From the NCBI RefSeq assembly GCF_018350175.1, contig NC_058368.1:198278001-198342000 (forward strand): DNA of 64,000 nucleotides. The letters run 5' to 3'. Below are positions 35,091-47,850 of this stretch, in pieces. A program made the translations under genes and the position numbers. Source of the DNA: Felis catus (Eukaryota). The stretch's first letter is position 1. Each line of letters begins with the position of its first letter. The notes beneath the pieces are model-generated. The model did not search any database, was not told the origin of the DNA, and saw only the letters and a program-made list of their open reading frames with translations.

Positions 35091-35851
35091 CTTTGATTTT
35101 TAAGAAATCACACCTCCTTTGTTGTCATAATGTCAGAATGAATAATAGATACTAATACCTTGTAAGGCTTTCGCCTCCCTGTCTTTCTTTAAAGATGTCT
35201 GATTTAGATGGTCTGACCTGAAAAACCATGTTTAAATTAATATTTCTGAAAGGAGAAGAGGTAAACAAGTCACATGGTTATCCATGTTGTCTTTAGTTTA
35301 ATGAGCTCCTAGATGATTTGGGGGATGACTAGAACTAACTAGCTGCTTCTTGTCTGTGTTCTGCATTCATCTCCAGAGAATCCACTGTCCAAACCTGGGA
35401 AGCACTCAGAGGCAATGGAATTTCTTTGTAAAGAGAATTGCACCCCTGATACCTTAAGTTAAGCAACAGACACCTATGCCAACGTCACAGCTGATAAAGA
35501 CCTTGGGGGTAGATGAGATCATGGCCCTCTCACCGTCAATATCTGGTTTTATAAGACAACATCTCAGGATGTCCTGAGCCCCAAACAGACTCAGAATAAA
35601 ATATAATTTTAATAGAAGTTTCCTTTTTTCATTTCCTAGTGTGTGACTTTCTGGTCAGACCAAGTTACCTGGGACCCAGAGATCCATTTAATTATTGTGG
35701 AACACCTGTTCTGAAAGAAATGGAGGAACAGGAACAAGATTTGCAATCATCTTTTGCAAGACTTACTTCTTTGAGTTTCATCAACATTTTTGGATTTGTT
35801 AGCATCTGACACTAAAAGTAAGAGTTTCTTAAGACTTGAGAGTCAGATACA

Positions 35852-36789
35852 TGTGACAGAGAAAGGCTTTCCCAAGTCCTTTATCTCCCATTTAAGGTAG
35901 CAAGAACCACACCTACAGCACAATTAGGGGTCAGACAACTCCCAGCCCATGGGGCCTATTTGCTGGGTAGAAGGAGGATCTGTGGGAAGGAGGAAAATTT
36001 ATCCCTTTTGGCTCCAGGTGAATGTAGGAAGAAGGAAAAGAAAGTTAAGAGAGAAAATCTGTCAGGCATATGGATCCTGAATTTCCTTCACTGGGCTTTT
36101 ATTTTACTTCCTGTTATGAATCTGTAAGACATGTCTGTGCAGTAGACCCCATACCAACAAGGGACAGTGCAGCTGAGTTAAGAGAACAGCATTCAGATAA
36201 AGATCTAGACTGTACTTTTCTTCTCTCTTGACCCCTCTATGGCATGCACCCCAAAGACGGAGCCAGGGAGTGATCCTTGGGACCACCACAGTCAAAGTAA
36301 GGAAATATCGTGGTAAAGGCTGGGGGAAATTTGAGTGAGGGCCCTGGAATGGCATGACAGAAATCAAGAGAAGGCCACCCTGCAAAAAAACTGAGGAGAT
36401 TTGAATAAACAAGAAGCGACCACAGGACCCAAACTAAGCTGAGAAAGAATTCGGCAGCACCCCTCAGATTTTCCACAGCCAAGGCCACCTAGGAGGTGGG
36501 AGAATATCAGGTAGCTCTGAGGCCATTTTACTCAAGTGTTTTTCCTAGACACCGTTTTGGAGAAAGTCAAGTGAGTACAAACATGAGCAGTTATCCCCAA
36601 AGACTGAACATTACCCAATGAGGCCATTTAAACATGGCAGTAGATAAAGGTTTAACTTGGACATTTGGTTATCCCTTCCACCTACCCTAACCACCAAGCT
36701 AAGAACACATCATGAGAAAGAGCAGGTTCAGAAGTATATCTCTCTGCATATCTGAGTCGTTGCATGAGCAAATTTGCAAGCCCATCACA
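35852..36789 (+). mobile_element. Possible ancient LTR (Gypsy-derived MamGypLTR/LTR85-like)
   Basis: TG...CA termini (tgtgac...atcaca) and a 3' ctgcatatctgagt motif; family call weak, no TSD seen. Confidence 0.35.
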
Positions 36790-36928
36790 TAATGTTTCCT
36801 AAGCAATACTACTCGTTGAACTATATCTACTGAAAGATTCCTATATGCCAAGCACTATGATAGGGACTGTAGGCCCGAGGAAAAATCAGTGGTAGTGTAG
36901 TCCTTGTCTTTAGAAAGCCCATAGTTTA

Positions 36929-37143
36929 GGGGCTCTGGGTGGCTCAATCGGTTAAGCATCCAACTCTTAATTTCCACTCAGGTCGTGATCTCACAGTTCC
37001 TTGGATGAAACCCCACATTGGGTTCCACACTAACAGCATTGATTCTCTCTCTCTCCTTCCCTCTTTGACCCTCCTCTATTCACATTCTCATGCTCTCTCT
37101 CTTTCCTCTCTCTTAAAATAAATAAATAAACATTAAAAAAAAA
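36929..37143 (+). mobile_element. CAN-SINE (diverged)
   Basis: ctgggtggctcaatcggttaagcatcc head, CT tract, AATAAA tail; imperfect TSD aagcc..tagttt. Confidence 0.9.
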
Positions 37144-37174
37144 GAAGCCTTTAGTTTGTAGGATGAGCCTCCTC

Positions 37175-37587
37175 ACGTTATCAAAAAGGTCTGTTACTTG
37201 TTACATTTCAGAAGTTTACTAACTTAATGAAAAGATACTTGTTTCTTTCTCATGTAATAGTCATGGCAGGTGCTCTGGTAGGCAGAGCCATTATCCTCTA
37301 TAATCATTCAGGAACTCAGGCTAATAGCTGTGCTGCCATCTTCTACATGTCTATTCCAAAGTCACCTTGAACATCAATTGCCCCAGCAGCCAACAGTGGG
37401 AGGGTTTTATGGACCCGACCTGGAAATGGAACAAATCACTGTGACTCACATTCATTGGAGAGAACTCAGTCCTTGGGCCTCCTAGGGACTCACGTAACTA
37501 CAAGGGAGGCTGGGAATTTAGTCTGGTCATCTGTCCAAGTAGAGGGGAAGACTGGATTTTGGAGGATGCCTGGAGGCCTTCTCCACA
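37175..37587 (-). mobile_element. MLT1J-like LTR
   Basis: tcattcaggaactcaggct, cctggaaatgg..atcact..ctcacattcattgg..agaactcagtc, caagggaggctgggaa. Confidence 0.7.
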
Positions 37588-38029
37588 GGTGTAAGCTTCT
37601 TTGACAATGTAGCAGGTATAACAGAATGGCTTGGTAAACATTAAACTTCTGATCTGTTCTGAACTGTAAAAAGTGAGGCTCAGAGGATCTTTGGCAGCAT
37701 TTAGGGGTGACCCAATGTATTATTTTCTTCCATTTTTAACCATAAAGACTGGGTTCTAAATAGACTTGTTGGCAAGAACCTCACTGAAGGTAATCACATC
37801 TTACTGTACAAGAAGAATGCAAGAATAACCTTCTAGAGTTTAGGATTCCAAAAACAGAAGCTTTCAGGTTTGTATTGGGACCCATTATTCACCCAGCAAC
37901 TGCGTATAGACAGGTATTTTTGTATTTTGCCCCAGCAGAGAGGCAATCAAGATCCCTTGTCCTAGAAAGCATTTAGGATTAGACCTGCATGAGTTCCTTG
38001 TATCCAGACAGTGAGGTTTCAGAATGAAA

Positions 38030-38670
38030 CTCTTTTCTGTTTAAATTCTTTGCTGTCTTTCTGTGCCCTCTGAAATAAACTAAAAGCCCTTAGTGTACCT
38101 CCTGAAACTTGGCCTCTTATGGTCTGGCCCAACCATTGCTCTCCAGCCTCATCACAGACCACATCCCTCCTTGATCTCAGCCTCGCTGCTCTCCCACGTA
38201 GTTACACTGACCTTCTTGCAAGTCCTGAAACCACTAACCCTGTGGCTTCCCACCTTGAGGTACGTTGTGCCTGGGATGCTACTCCAACCATCCTCCCTGG
38301 CATCTGTGCTGGCATAGTCAGCTCCCACTAACACTCCAGCTCTCACATATAGCAGGGTGGCTGACTCCTCCCAAGGCTAGATTAGGTGCCTACCCCCTAC
38401 TATATGGTATGAGAAACCTTTCCTTCATTGCATTGAGCCCAGTGGTAATTTTATACCCAGTCATGCAACTATTTGATTGACACCCTTACTCTGGTCTAGA
38501 CCATAAGATGTGTGAATCATGAAGCCGTGTTGTTTTCTTTCTTTTGTTTTTTGTTGTGGTTGTCGTTGTTCTCACCATTTGCATCCTGGACCATGCTATC
38601 TTGTTCACATTTTATCTCTACTAACACATAGTAGGTGCTCAATAAGTGCTTGTTTAATGAAGGCATGAGC
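38030..38670 (+). mobile_element. L2 3' region
   Basis: Ends acacatagtaggtgctcaataagtgcttgtttaatgaa. Confidence 0.7.
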
Positions 38671-39833
38671 AAATAAACAGTAATAACAATGACAAATACC
38701 ACAGCTTTCAATGTCTTTCACGCAGCTTACCTCACTTGACAAGCAAGCAGGAAGGGGAAAGAGGGTGTTAGGTTGTTAGGTTACATTCTCAGGACTCTGC
38801 TCCAAAGGCCCCAAACAGAATCTGCTATCAGAAGGGCAGTACTTAAACAAGCTTTTGGGGCCTGGTTACAGTGCGGGATTTGATGAATGGAGCCTGTGAG
38901 CTGCTTCCTGGAAGCATACCCTTGGGAATAGGTTTTATATATATAATCACATACATTTTTATGAACTCTGCACAAAATAGGAGTTAAGAAAGAAAATGGC
39001 TGGAAACGTGCCAAAGAGGACATATGTGGGAAGTTTGTAAGAAAGCAATAGTCGGGAAAGAATAAGTAGCTGAAATAAGCTAATGAGTGGATAGGGAGGA
39101 AATCATATTCAGCAGGGAAATAGATAACATAATGGTTCGAAGGAAAACAGGAAGGATAATATTGAAGAAAAGCTGCCAAGAAAAAGTGCTAACTGCAGGT
39201 CAGAGAGTCAGTTTAAAGACAGAGGTTAAAAGATCAAGGACAATGACGATACCTTCCACATCACCAGTCTTCTGAGTAGAGTTTGATTTGTGGGTGTACT
39301 TAGGTGCTCGGTTGAAAGACAAAAGACAGTACTCAGGTACATTTTCTTGCCTTATTTCATCTTGACATCTATTATTGTCATTAAGGAGGCCCGAACATGG
39401 AAAACCACTTAGGCAAAGTAAAGATAGAGATTCTTGAGTAGAAAGGAATTAGGTCATAGGACCCTTCAACCTTCCTTTCTCAGGCAGGTCTGGGAGTAAA
39501 GCTGGTCTTTGGCAAGGTTAACCCTTTCCTCGCTTCCTACCCTGTGCACCGGATCCAACAACTTCCTGTGTCTCTGGAGTCCATTGAGAGAAAGAGAGAA
39601 AAAGATCAAATGTCTGAAGGGTAGATTTGGCCTCCATACTCCCCACTTGGAGACAAGGAATTCTTTCCTGGCCCCTGCCTTTCCTCTCATTCCTCCCTTC
39701 ACCTTAGCCCTACGTCCCTACATTCACTATCTCCTCATTTCACTTCTTATTCACTTCTTGCACCAAAACTGACTATATTTTGTCATTCCAAAATATTTTG
39801 CTTGCAGTCTTTTATTGCATCTTGTACTTTCTG

Positions 39834-39863
39834 CATACATATACATATACATATACATATACA
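39834..39863. repeat. (CATATA)n microsatellite
   Basis: Tandem hexamer. Confidence 0.85.
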
Positions 39864-42353
39864 CTTTATTGTGTATATAATAGATTTAGGGTGTCCCAAG
39901 GCACAGATTGTTATCTCTGGGGATTTCTCACTCTCCAAGGCACTACTCCTTGCCTTGCATAAAGTAGGGTATCAATAAACATTTACCAATCTGAATTGCT
40001 AAACCACATTACCTTTAACTATTTAGGGGAATATGCCTCCTTTACTCCTTCCCTCTCAAATATGTCACAGAAGAGGAAAAAATCCTTTATTTGGTATACT
40101 TTTCTAAGGATTTTATAGAAATGCAAAACACATACAGTATCCATTTCATGAACTCATCAAGTAAGCACGCACCGAAGTATTTGGAGAAGATTAAAGAAGC
40201 AAGCTGAAATAGAATATACATTTTTTTCTATTTGACTTTTTAAATTTGATCTCTATGGGAATACTTCTAGATAAAAAGGGTATACCATATGTACATACAC
40301 ACATGTTGTATATACATTATATATAAATATATGTTATATATATAAATATGTTATATAATATATAGCACACATATGTGTGTGTGTGTGTGTGTATGTTACA
40401 TAATACATATATAAAACCTTATGATAGGGACAGTGTTTGAAAGTCACAGTGTGACTCTTTAAGACCTAGTGCCTGCTGTCTATAATGGAAATGGGGAAGA
40501 TAAATTCTTTCAGCTTTGGAATCATGATGTCACAACTTTGGGTCTGGCTGTCTGCCCTTGATAGATGTTCACCAGCTCTTGTGAGCTGCGTAGAGAGTTG
40601 GCAAAATACATACATGCACATATGTGCAATACAGAACTTCACCTGAACTCTTCATATCCTCATTACCGAAGCCCAGAAAGGCACGTTTGAGATCTGGCTC
40701 TGGCTTGCATCCATTAGGTGGGATCTGAGTTCTTGGCAACACATCTCGTTTGCAACCTCATAGAGAAGGTTGTGGAAGCCACCAGGGGTCAACTTCTAGG
40801 GTGCTTTCATTCATCTGTCAGCCAATCAGCAAACCAACAAGTCTCTACTGAGCACCTGCTGTATGTTCTGTATATATGGTTCTGTTGTAGGCAGTGGAGA
40901 TACACGGCGCTAAGGTCCACCCTGGCCTCTGGGCAGGGGTGTCCCTGTCTCCCAACCCTTCCCAGGTCACGGAGAGTTCCTAGCACTTTCATTTCCTCTT
41001 CCCTCCTGCTCACCCCCACCACGTAGTGTCGGATCAGCCTGGAGTACAGATTCATTTTAAAGCTAAAGTAATAACGACCCTAGGATTATCAAATTCACAA
41101 CAAAACGCACTCTTGTGACCTAGGAACTTGACAAAATGTGGGTATATTTTAGACATTGGAGTGAACAAAGGAGGACGAAGAGGCAGGGAAACAATTTATC
41201 ATCTGTTGTGACAAAGAAAATTGGGCTGTACTCATTCATTCCTTCAACACATTTTTATGTGTCTGTCCCCCTGCCAGGCCTTAGAAATGCAAGAGTCAAC
41301 AAGACAGTCTATTAGGGCACTGAAACCTTGAACTGCCCCTTGGCCAATGAGTCTCTCGTGGTCCTGGAAAGACATTTCACCTCTCCATGTCCCATCTCTA
41401 AAATGCGACTGACACCAGAGGGTGATGGGCATTTTCCAGCTTTCTTCTCGCTTTACCACCTCGGACGTCTAACAAGGGCAAACTCTCTTCATGGAAAAGG
41501 AGTTCCTGATGATCCCTACCCCTCCATGAAGGGCCAGGAAGCTGCCCCCTGGAGGCCAGTGTCCTCCTGAGCATCAAGGGGAGAGACAATGGTCTTCCAA
41601 CAGGAGTCCCCTGTGGGTTCACTCCCTCTGGGCTGTCTCCAGCCACGAGCTGGCCTCCTGCCTCTCAACGCATGGGTGCTTTGTGCTGACTTTCACAGGG
41701 TTGTCAGCACAGTGGCTGCATTCCTCTGTGCCCTGCGTGCCTCAGGGTTGGCAGCCAATGAAAAGAGCAGTTCCGAGACTGGATGAAAAGGAAGGGCAGT
41801 GTTTGATGCAAATCGTGGGCAGGAGGCACTCCCAGTGCCGGAGGAGTCCAGGCTTGCTCCAAAAGCTGCTCCAGCCTCCTTCCTACTAAGGGTCCCACAG
41901 GCTAGCCTGGCCAGTCATGCTCATCTCCTGTCCTCACGCAGACAGTTGGCCCAGAACCTGGAAGATCCTGCCATCTTGGCTGTGCAGAACTTACTTGTGC
42001 CTGTAGGAAGTGTTCTCAGACTCCTTGCATATCAGCAGGGAGAAACCACGCTTCCAAATTCAGGATCCGTCACCTTTTTTGTGTGCTTTGGCAGTCGGGT
42101 GAAGCCTATGGACCCTTTCTCAGGAGAATGTTTTTAAATTCAAAAAACTAAGATGCATGCATAAAATTATAAAAGACCCCAGTTATATTGAAATTCAATT
42201 ATCACAATATTTTAAAATGTGATAAAATAATATACAAGCTTCTTTATATTCTCTGTATAGAGATATATACGAAAAACAAGTTCTGTACTTTCAGAATAAT
42301 GATGGCATATTGACTCTGTCTATAATAATGATAATATAATATGAAAGTAACTG

Positions 42354-42470
42354 TGGGTGTGGCTCAGTCAGTTGAGGGTTCAAGTCTTGATTTCAACTCA
42401 GATCATGACCCCAGGGTCATGGGATTGAGCCCTGCACTGGGCTCCATGCTGAGTGTGGGGTCTGCTTAAG

Positions 42471-42524
<54 letters not shown>

Positions 42525-42592
42525 TGCCCCTGTCCTCTGGCTTGTGCTCTCTCTCTCTCTAAAAACAAACAAACAATAAACAACAACAACAA
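42354..42592 (+). mobile_element. CAN-SINE with expanded (CT)n (42473-42520)
   Basis: gtggctcagtcagttgag head, long CT array, AAAC/AAC tail. Confidence 0.9.
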
Positions 42593-42657
42593 ACACCGCA
42601 ATTTCTATTGATGACAAAGTTCCAGGCACTATTAATGCTACTGTGTCATCTACCCAC

Positions 42658-43153
42658 TCTATTAGTTATCTATTGCTGCATAAACAGTGTAGCAACTTAA
42701 AGTCAACAAACACCATCACACTCAGTTTCTGAGGGTTGGGCATCCAGGAAACAGTTCTTAGGGCCTCTGCTCTGAGTCACCAGGCCATAGTCAAGCTATG
42801 GGCTGGGGCTGAATCTATGAAATCTGGAGAATCCATTTCTAAGCTCACTCCTCAGGCTGTGGCCAGGTCTGAACTTCTGGCTGGCTCTTGGCTGAATGCC
42901 TCAGCTCTTTGTCAGATGTCCTCAAGACACGGCAGCCGGCTTCCCTCAGTCTGAGTGATGGAGAAAAAGAACAAGAGCCCGAGACAGAAGCTGCAGTCTT
43001 TTATAATCTCATCTCAGAAGGGGCATACCATCACTTCCACATCCTATGGGTCACACAGACCATCCCTGGTAATATGGCAGGGGGCACACTGCATAAGGGT
43101 GTGAACTTCAAGCGTAGGGCCATCGGGGTTATCAGGGAGGGGGCTACGACACA
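42658..43153 (-). mobile_element. MLT1F-like LTR
   Basis: tattagttatctattgctgcata...gcagtcttttataatctcatctcagaag..ccatcacttcc..gtcacacagacca...gacaca. Confidence 0.8.
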
Positions 43154-43825
43154 GGCACTCATAATGAAAGATCATGCTAACTTTCAGTTGAAGTCAGTAA
43201 AACCAGAGATGTAAAATTTTCTCATCCAAGTTCCCGGACCCTGAGTTTGGGGCACAGACTCCAGGTTAACAACCCGTGTTGCTAGGTATTTTTGGAGTCC
43301 AAAGACAAGTACTGTGAGAGCCTCAAAAACACACACTACCCTGTTAAAAACAAAGCTCTGGGGTCTACATGCAGGCCTGATTGACTTTCTTTTCACTGGT
43401 TGAGCTCAGGGTTGCTGGCACTCTTGGCCTTGCACACAGCCTGACATACGGGAAATGGTATACGGTCACTGGATAAAAGGACCTTATTGATGAACACATT
43501 TTGATTCCAAATGCATTAAAGACAGGAAGAGCCTTGGAGACCATCTAGCTGATGATTTTTCCAGGGAGAATATACCAGTCTTGCTCCTGCCTGGAGACCT
43601 TTGCATGCTCTGTTCCTTTTGCCTGGCATGCTCTTCCTCCAGACATGGCTTCCCCTCTTATACTTCACATGTCTTTATTCATATGTCACTTTGTCAGTGG
43701 AGCCTTCCTTGCTCTACCTGTGCTAGGCAGCTTCCCAAGGGTCCCCAGTGATATCCATTCTCTGGTCTTTGTACCCTTGTATAATCCCCTCCCCTTAAGT
43801 GTGGGCTGGACGTAATGACTCACTT

Positions 43826-44017
43826 TTATTTTCAATGTTGATTTATTGTTGAGAGAGCACAAACAGGGGAGGGGCAGAGAGAGGGGGACAGAGGATCCGA
43901 AGTGAGCTCCGCACCGACAGCAGCGAGCCCAGTGTGGGGCTTGAACTCACGAATCACAAGACCATGACCTGAGCCAAAGGTGGACGCTTAGCCGACTGAG
44001 CAGCCCAGGTGCCCCCC
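43826..44017 (-). mobile_element. CAN-SINE
   Basis: Perfect 13-bp TSD taatgactcactt (43813-25 / 44018-30). Confidence 0.95.
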
Positions 44018-44285
44018 TAATGACTCACTTCCAATGAACAGAATTCAACAAGAAGGATGGGATGTCACTTCTGAGATTGGCTCACGGATGGTCTGTGGCT
44101 TCCTTGCTTGCCCTCCCTGATCTCTCACTTGCTAACCCTGATGGAAGCTTTGTTTTGAGTTGCCTATGGAGAGGTTGATGTGGCAAGGATTGGGGGAAAG
44201 CTTCTGGCCATGAGTCAAGAAGGGTCTAAGGGTCTTACTGAAACTGAGTAAGAAACCAAACCATTCGACAAGAAATGAAATCTTA

Positions 44286-44498
44286 GGGGCACCTGGGTGG
44301 CTCAGTCGGTTGAGCGTCTGACTTCAGCCCAGGTTGTGATCCCACGCTTCATGGGTTCGAGCCCCACATCGGGCTCTCTGCTGACAGGCTTAGAGCCTGG
44401 AGCCTGCTTCAGATTCTGTGTCTCCCTCTCTCTCTGCCCCTCCCCCATTCTGTCTATCACCCCAAAATAAATAAACACTTAAAAACATTATTAAAAAA
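44286..44498 (+). mobile_element. CAN-SINE (SINEC_Fc type)
   Basis: Perfect 15-bp TSD aagaaatgaaatctt. Confidence 0.96.
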
Positions 44499-44829
44499 AA
44501 GAAATGAAATCTTTGCTAAAAAACCACAGGAGTGATCTTGGAAGTGGATCCTCCCTATTTAAGCCCTGAGACAGTTGCAGCCTTACCAATACCTTGATTA
44601 TAGCCTTGAGACCCTGAGCCAGAGGACATAGCTAAGCCATGGAAACTGTGTGACAATATGTGTTTACTGTTTTAAGCCACTAATGTTTGGGATAATTTGT
44701 TATTCAGCAATAGATAACCAATTCATTATCAGAAATTGTAACATGTCACTCTGACCTTGACACTATCTTTCACCCCCGCCACACATTTTTTTTCCTCCTC
44801 ACCATTTTTCACTATAAAATATGTGTGTA

Positions 44830-45050
44830 GGGGCGCCTGGGTGGCACAGTCGGTTAAGCGTCCAACTTCAGCCAGGTCACGATCTCGCGGCCCGTGAGTT
44901 CGAGCCCCGCGTCAGGCTCTGGGCTGATGGCTGGGAGCCTGGAGCCTGTTTCTTATTCTGTGTCTCCCTCTCTCTCTGCCCTTCCCCCGTTCATGCTCTG
45001 TCTCTCTCTGTCCCCAAAATAAATAAACGTTGAAAAAAAATTAAAAAAAA
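44830..45050 (+). mobile_element. Young SINEC_Fc
   Basis: cttcagccaggtcacgatctcgcgg diagnostic; TSD aaaatatgtgt. Confidence 0.97.
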
Positions 45051-45639
45051 ATATGTGTATATGTTACATATACTTACTTATATATATTGTTGCCTGTCTC
45101 CCCCATTAAAATGTGAGTTTTATGGGGGCTGGTATTTTTGGCTTGAACTTTGCCTAAAACAGTGCTTGGCACATAATTGGTGCCCTAAAATACTTGCTGA
45201 ATGAATGAAGGGTAAAGAAAGAGGAAATGCAATGGAACATACCTAGAGGGGGGAGAGTATCTGAAAAAGTAACCCCTGGATATGTTAACTACACAAGCTA
45301 CATACGCTTCTCCACTACGGTGACACTTCTCTCCATATCCCACCTACATCTCCAGTGCTCCCCTTGACCTGGGCAAGCAGGGCCCTTGTTCATCCTCCAC
45401 ATTTCAAGGGGCATCTTGTCTTGGAGTGTCTTCCTCAATTTGTCCCTTCTGGGACCTGGGACTGGCCTGGCCAACAGTGCCCCTGGCAGGTTGCCCCAAT
45501 CCTAGACAGCGTCCCACGCAGCCCCGAGTCTCAATCCTCCCCTACCTCCAAAGACAGCCCCCTGTACAACCTAAGGGTGGCCCTGTCCTTCCCCACTTAG
45601 AAGCACTATTAGGGGTCAGAATGTGTATGCCAGGAAAAT

Positions 45640-45677
45640 AATAATAACGATGATAATAATAATGATAATAATAATAA
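45640..45677. repeat. (AAT)n imperfect microsatellite
   Basis: AAT/GAT triplets. Confidence 0.8.
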
Positions 45678-45684
45678 AGCATGT

Positions 45685-46385
45685 TATAAATTAAAGGAGA
45701 CTCACTAAGGTAAACTTTGGTTGAATCCTGGTTTGGGGGAAAAAAAAGAGCTATAAGAATGTTTTAGAGACAATGGGGAAATTTTGAATATGCACTGGTT
45801 ATTAATAATCCTAAGGGAATTGTTAATTTCCATAGGTATGGTAACAAAGTACGGTTACGTTGGATTATGTCCTCAATTTTAGGAGATGAACGTTAAAGTA
45901 TTTAGAGGTGAAGTGTCAAGATATTTGTAACGTACTTTTAAGTGGCTCAGCAAAAATGAGTTTTTATGTTAATCATACACACACACACATACACATATGT
46001 GTGTTACATATATATAAATAGAGAAAAATGCTAACAGCTATTAAATATAGGCAGTAGTAGGGGCGCCTGGGTGGCGCAGTCGGTTAAGCGTCCGACTTCA
46101 GCCAGGTCACGATCTCGCGGTCCGTGAGTTCGAGCCCCGCGTCAGGCTCTGGGCTGATGGCTCGGAGCCTGGAGCCTGTTTCCGATTCTGTGTCTCCCTC
46201 TCTCTCTGCCCCTCCCCCGTTCATGCTCTGTCTCTCTCTGTCCCAAAAATAAATAAACGTTGAAAAAAAAATTTAAAAAATAAATAAATAAATATAGGCA
46301 GTAGTATACATGTGCTTGTTGTATGATCCTTTCCATTGGTATATATGTTTCAAAGTGGTCATCATAAAAGTTTCTAAATGTTTGA
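45685..46385 (+). mobile_element. L1MC4-like 3' end interrupted by a SINE
   Basis: gacaatggggaaattttgaatatg, ttttaggagatg..aagtatttagaggtgaagtgtc..tggctcagcaaaaa. Confidence 0.7.
46060..46288 (+). mobile_element. Very young SINEC_Fc
   Basis: CpGs intact; perfect 18-bp TSD taaatataggcagtagta (46042-59 / 46289-306). Confidence 0.98.
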
Positions 46386-47046
46386 GTATCTATTTATTTC
46401 CAAACAGAAAACCGGGTCTCAGAGAAATAAAGGGAGCTGCGATCCAGCCAGTCAGGGCTGGTGGGAACCTAGCTGTTCAGACCCAGGTTGAGTTTTGTTT
46501 CCATCACATCCAGAACATCCTTTCTTGCATTTTCTCAGCTCCGAAACAAAGGCTTCATCAAACGGATGAGTCAGAAAAGCTGCAAAGGACATATCCCTCT
46601 GTCCCCAGTTCAATAGGAGTCAGGAATTTTTATCAATTTCAAACAGACCCCCAGTTGATCGGTTTTCCTGGAGCCTATATACTTGTCATCGTGAATGGGC
46701 CCTACGTGATTTAAGCCACTTAACACAAACAACGAAAAGATGTTTCCTCTGTTGTCCTTATCTAGGCCGTTAGCCATAATGGAGATAAGCTTCAACAGGA
46801 ATGCTGTTCATATACTTCAGGCCTCTGCCAAAAGGTGACTTCACCTCTGCCACTCTTTAACCTCCTATCTTTTCCTGTTTTGTTCTTACCTCCCAGTCAT
46901 CCAAGCCCTGATGTAGCATAGGCTGTGGTTCTAAGCAGTGTGGGTTCACAACTTGGCTCTAACACTCATTGGTTGCGCAACCATGAACAGGGAACTTAAC
47001 CTGTCTGTACCTCAGTTTCATTATTGTACAGTGGGCACAGTGATAG

Positions 47047-47260
47047 TGTGGCAAGCTGAATGATGATCCCCAAGGATGTCCACACCTTAATACCCAGAAC
47101 CTGAGAATATGCTCCCTTACCTGGACAATGGACTTTGTGATGGAGGTTACAGACCTTATCAATCATTTCAGTTCCTAAAACTCAAAGAACATTTCCCAGG
47201 GGTGGTCAAAGAGAAAGTCACTATGATAGAAGAAGGACTTGCTGGGCAGTTGTGGAAAAG
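47047..47260 (+). mobile_element. MLT1 (D/E-like) LTR 5' fragment
   Basis: tgtggcaagctgaatgatgatccccaaggatgtccacaccttaatacccagaacctgagaatatg. Confidence 0.7.
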
Positions 47261-47359
47261 AACCCAAAGACCTTTGAAAATTGGCTTCTTCTCATTAGAA
47301 GACGAATCTGACTAGATGTCACCAAAACATGCTGAGAAAGAACTTCACAAACCTCAGAA

Positions 47360-47850
47360 TTTTCTAGTAGCCACATTTTTAAAACGTAAAGAGAAAAAGA
47401 CATAACTTTAGTAATATATTTAACCCCATATATTCAAAATTTTATCATTTTTTAAAAATGGCTTTTAATATTTGTTTATTTTTGAGAGAGAGAGAGCACG
47501 TAAACAGGGGAGGGGCAGAGAGAGGGAGACACAGAATCGGAAGCAGGCTTTAGGCTTTGAGCTGTCAGCACAGAGCCCGACGCGGGGCTCGAACCCACGA
47601 ACTAGAAGATCATGACCTGAGCTGAAGTCAGTTGCTCAACCAACTGGGCCACCCCAGTACCCCCAAAATTTTATCATTTTAATACATGATCAGTATAAGA
47701 ATTACTAATAAGGTATTTTACCTTTTTCTGTATGAGTATTTTGAAACTCATGAATATTTTACACTTAATGCTTACCTCAATTTGGACTACCCACATTTCA
47801 TGTGCTCAATAGCCACATGTCACTGGTGGCTACTGTATTGAACAGTGAAG
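47360..47850. mobile_element. MER33 (hAT-Charlie) interrupted by a SINE
   Basis: ttttctagtagccacatttt..tttaaccccatatattcaaaa; ctcaatttggactacccacatttcatgtgctcaatagccacatgt. Confidence 0.8.
47452..47663 (-). mobile_element. CAN-SINE
   Basis: TSD caaaattttatcatttt (47435-51 / 47664-80). Confidence 0.96.

Larger units (their letters stand above)
42061..43278. mobile_element. Charlie4-type hAT fossil split by two later insertions
   Basis: Left part tttggcagtcgggtgaagcctatggaccctttctcag..aatgtttttaaat; right end actccaggttaacaacccgtg. Confidence 0.65.
43719..44725 (+). mobile_element. MLT1F-like LTR carrying two SINEs
   Basis: tgtgctaggcagc..taatcccctccccttaagtgtgggctggac..gatgggatgtcacttctgagatt..tgttattcagcaatagataacc. 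Confidence 0.85.
43570..45210 (+). mobile_element. L2 3' region split by MLT1F and a SINE
   Basis: cctttgcatgctctgttccttttgcctggcatgctcttcc before the LTR; acagtgcttggcacataattggtgcc..gctgaatgaatgaa after. Confidence 0.7.
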
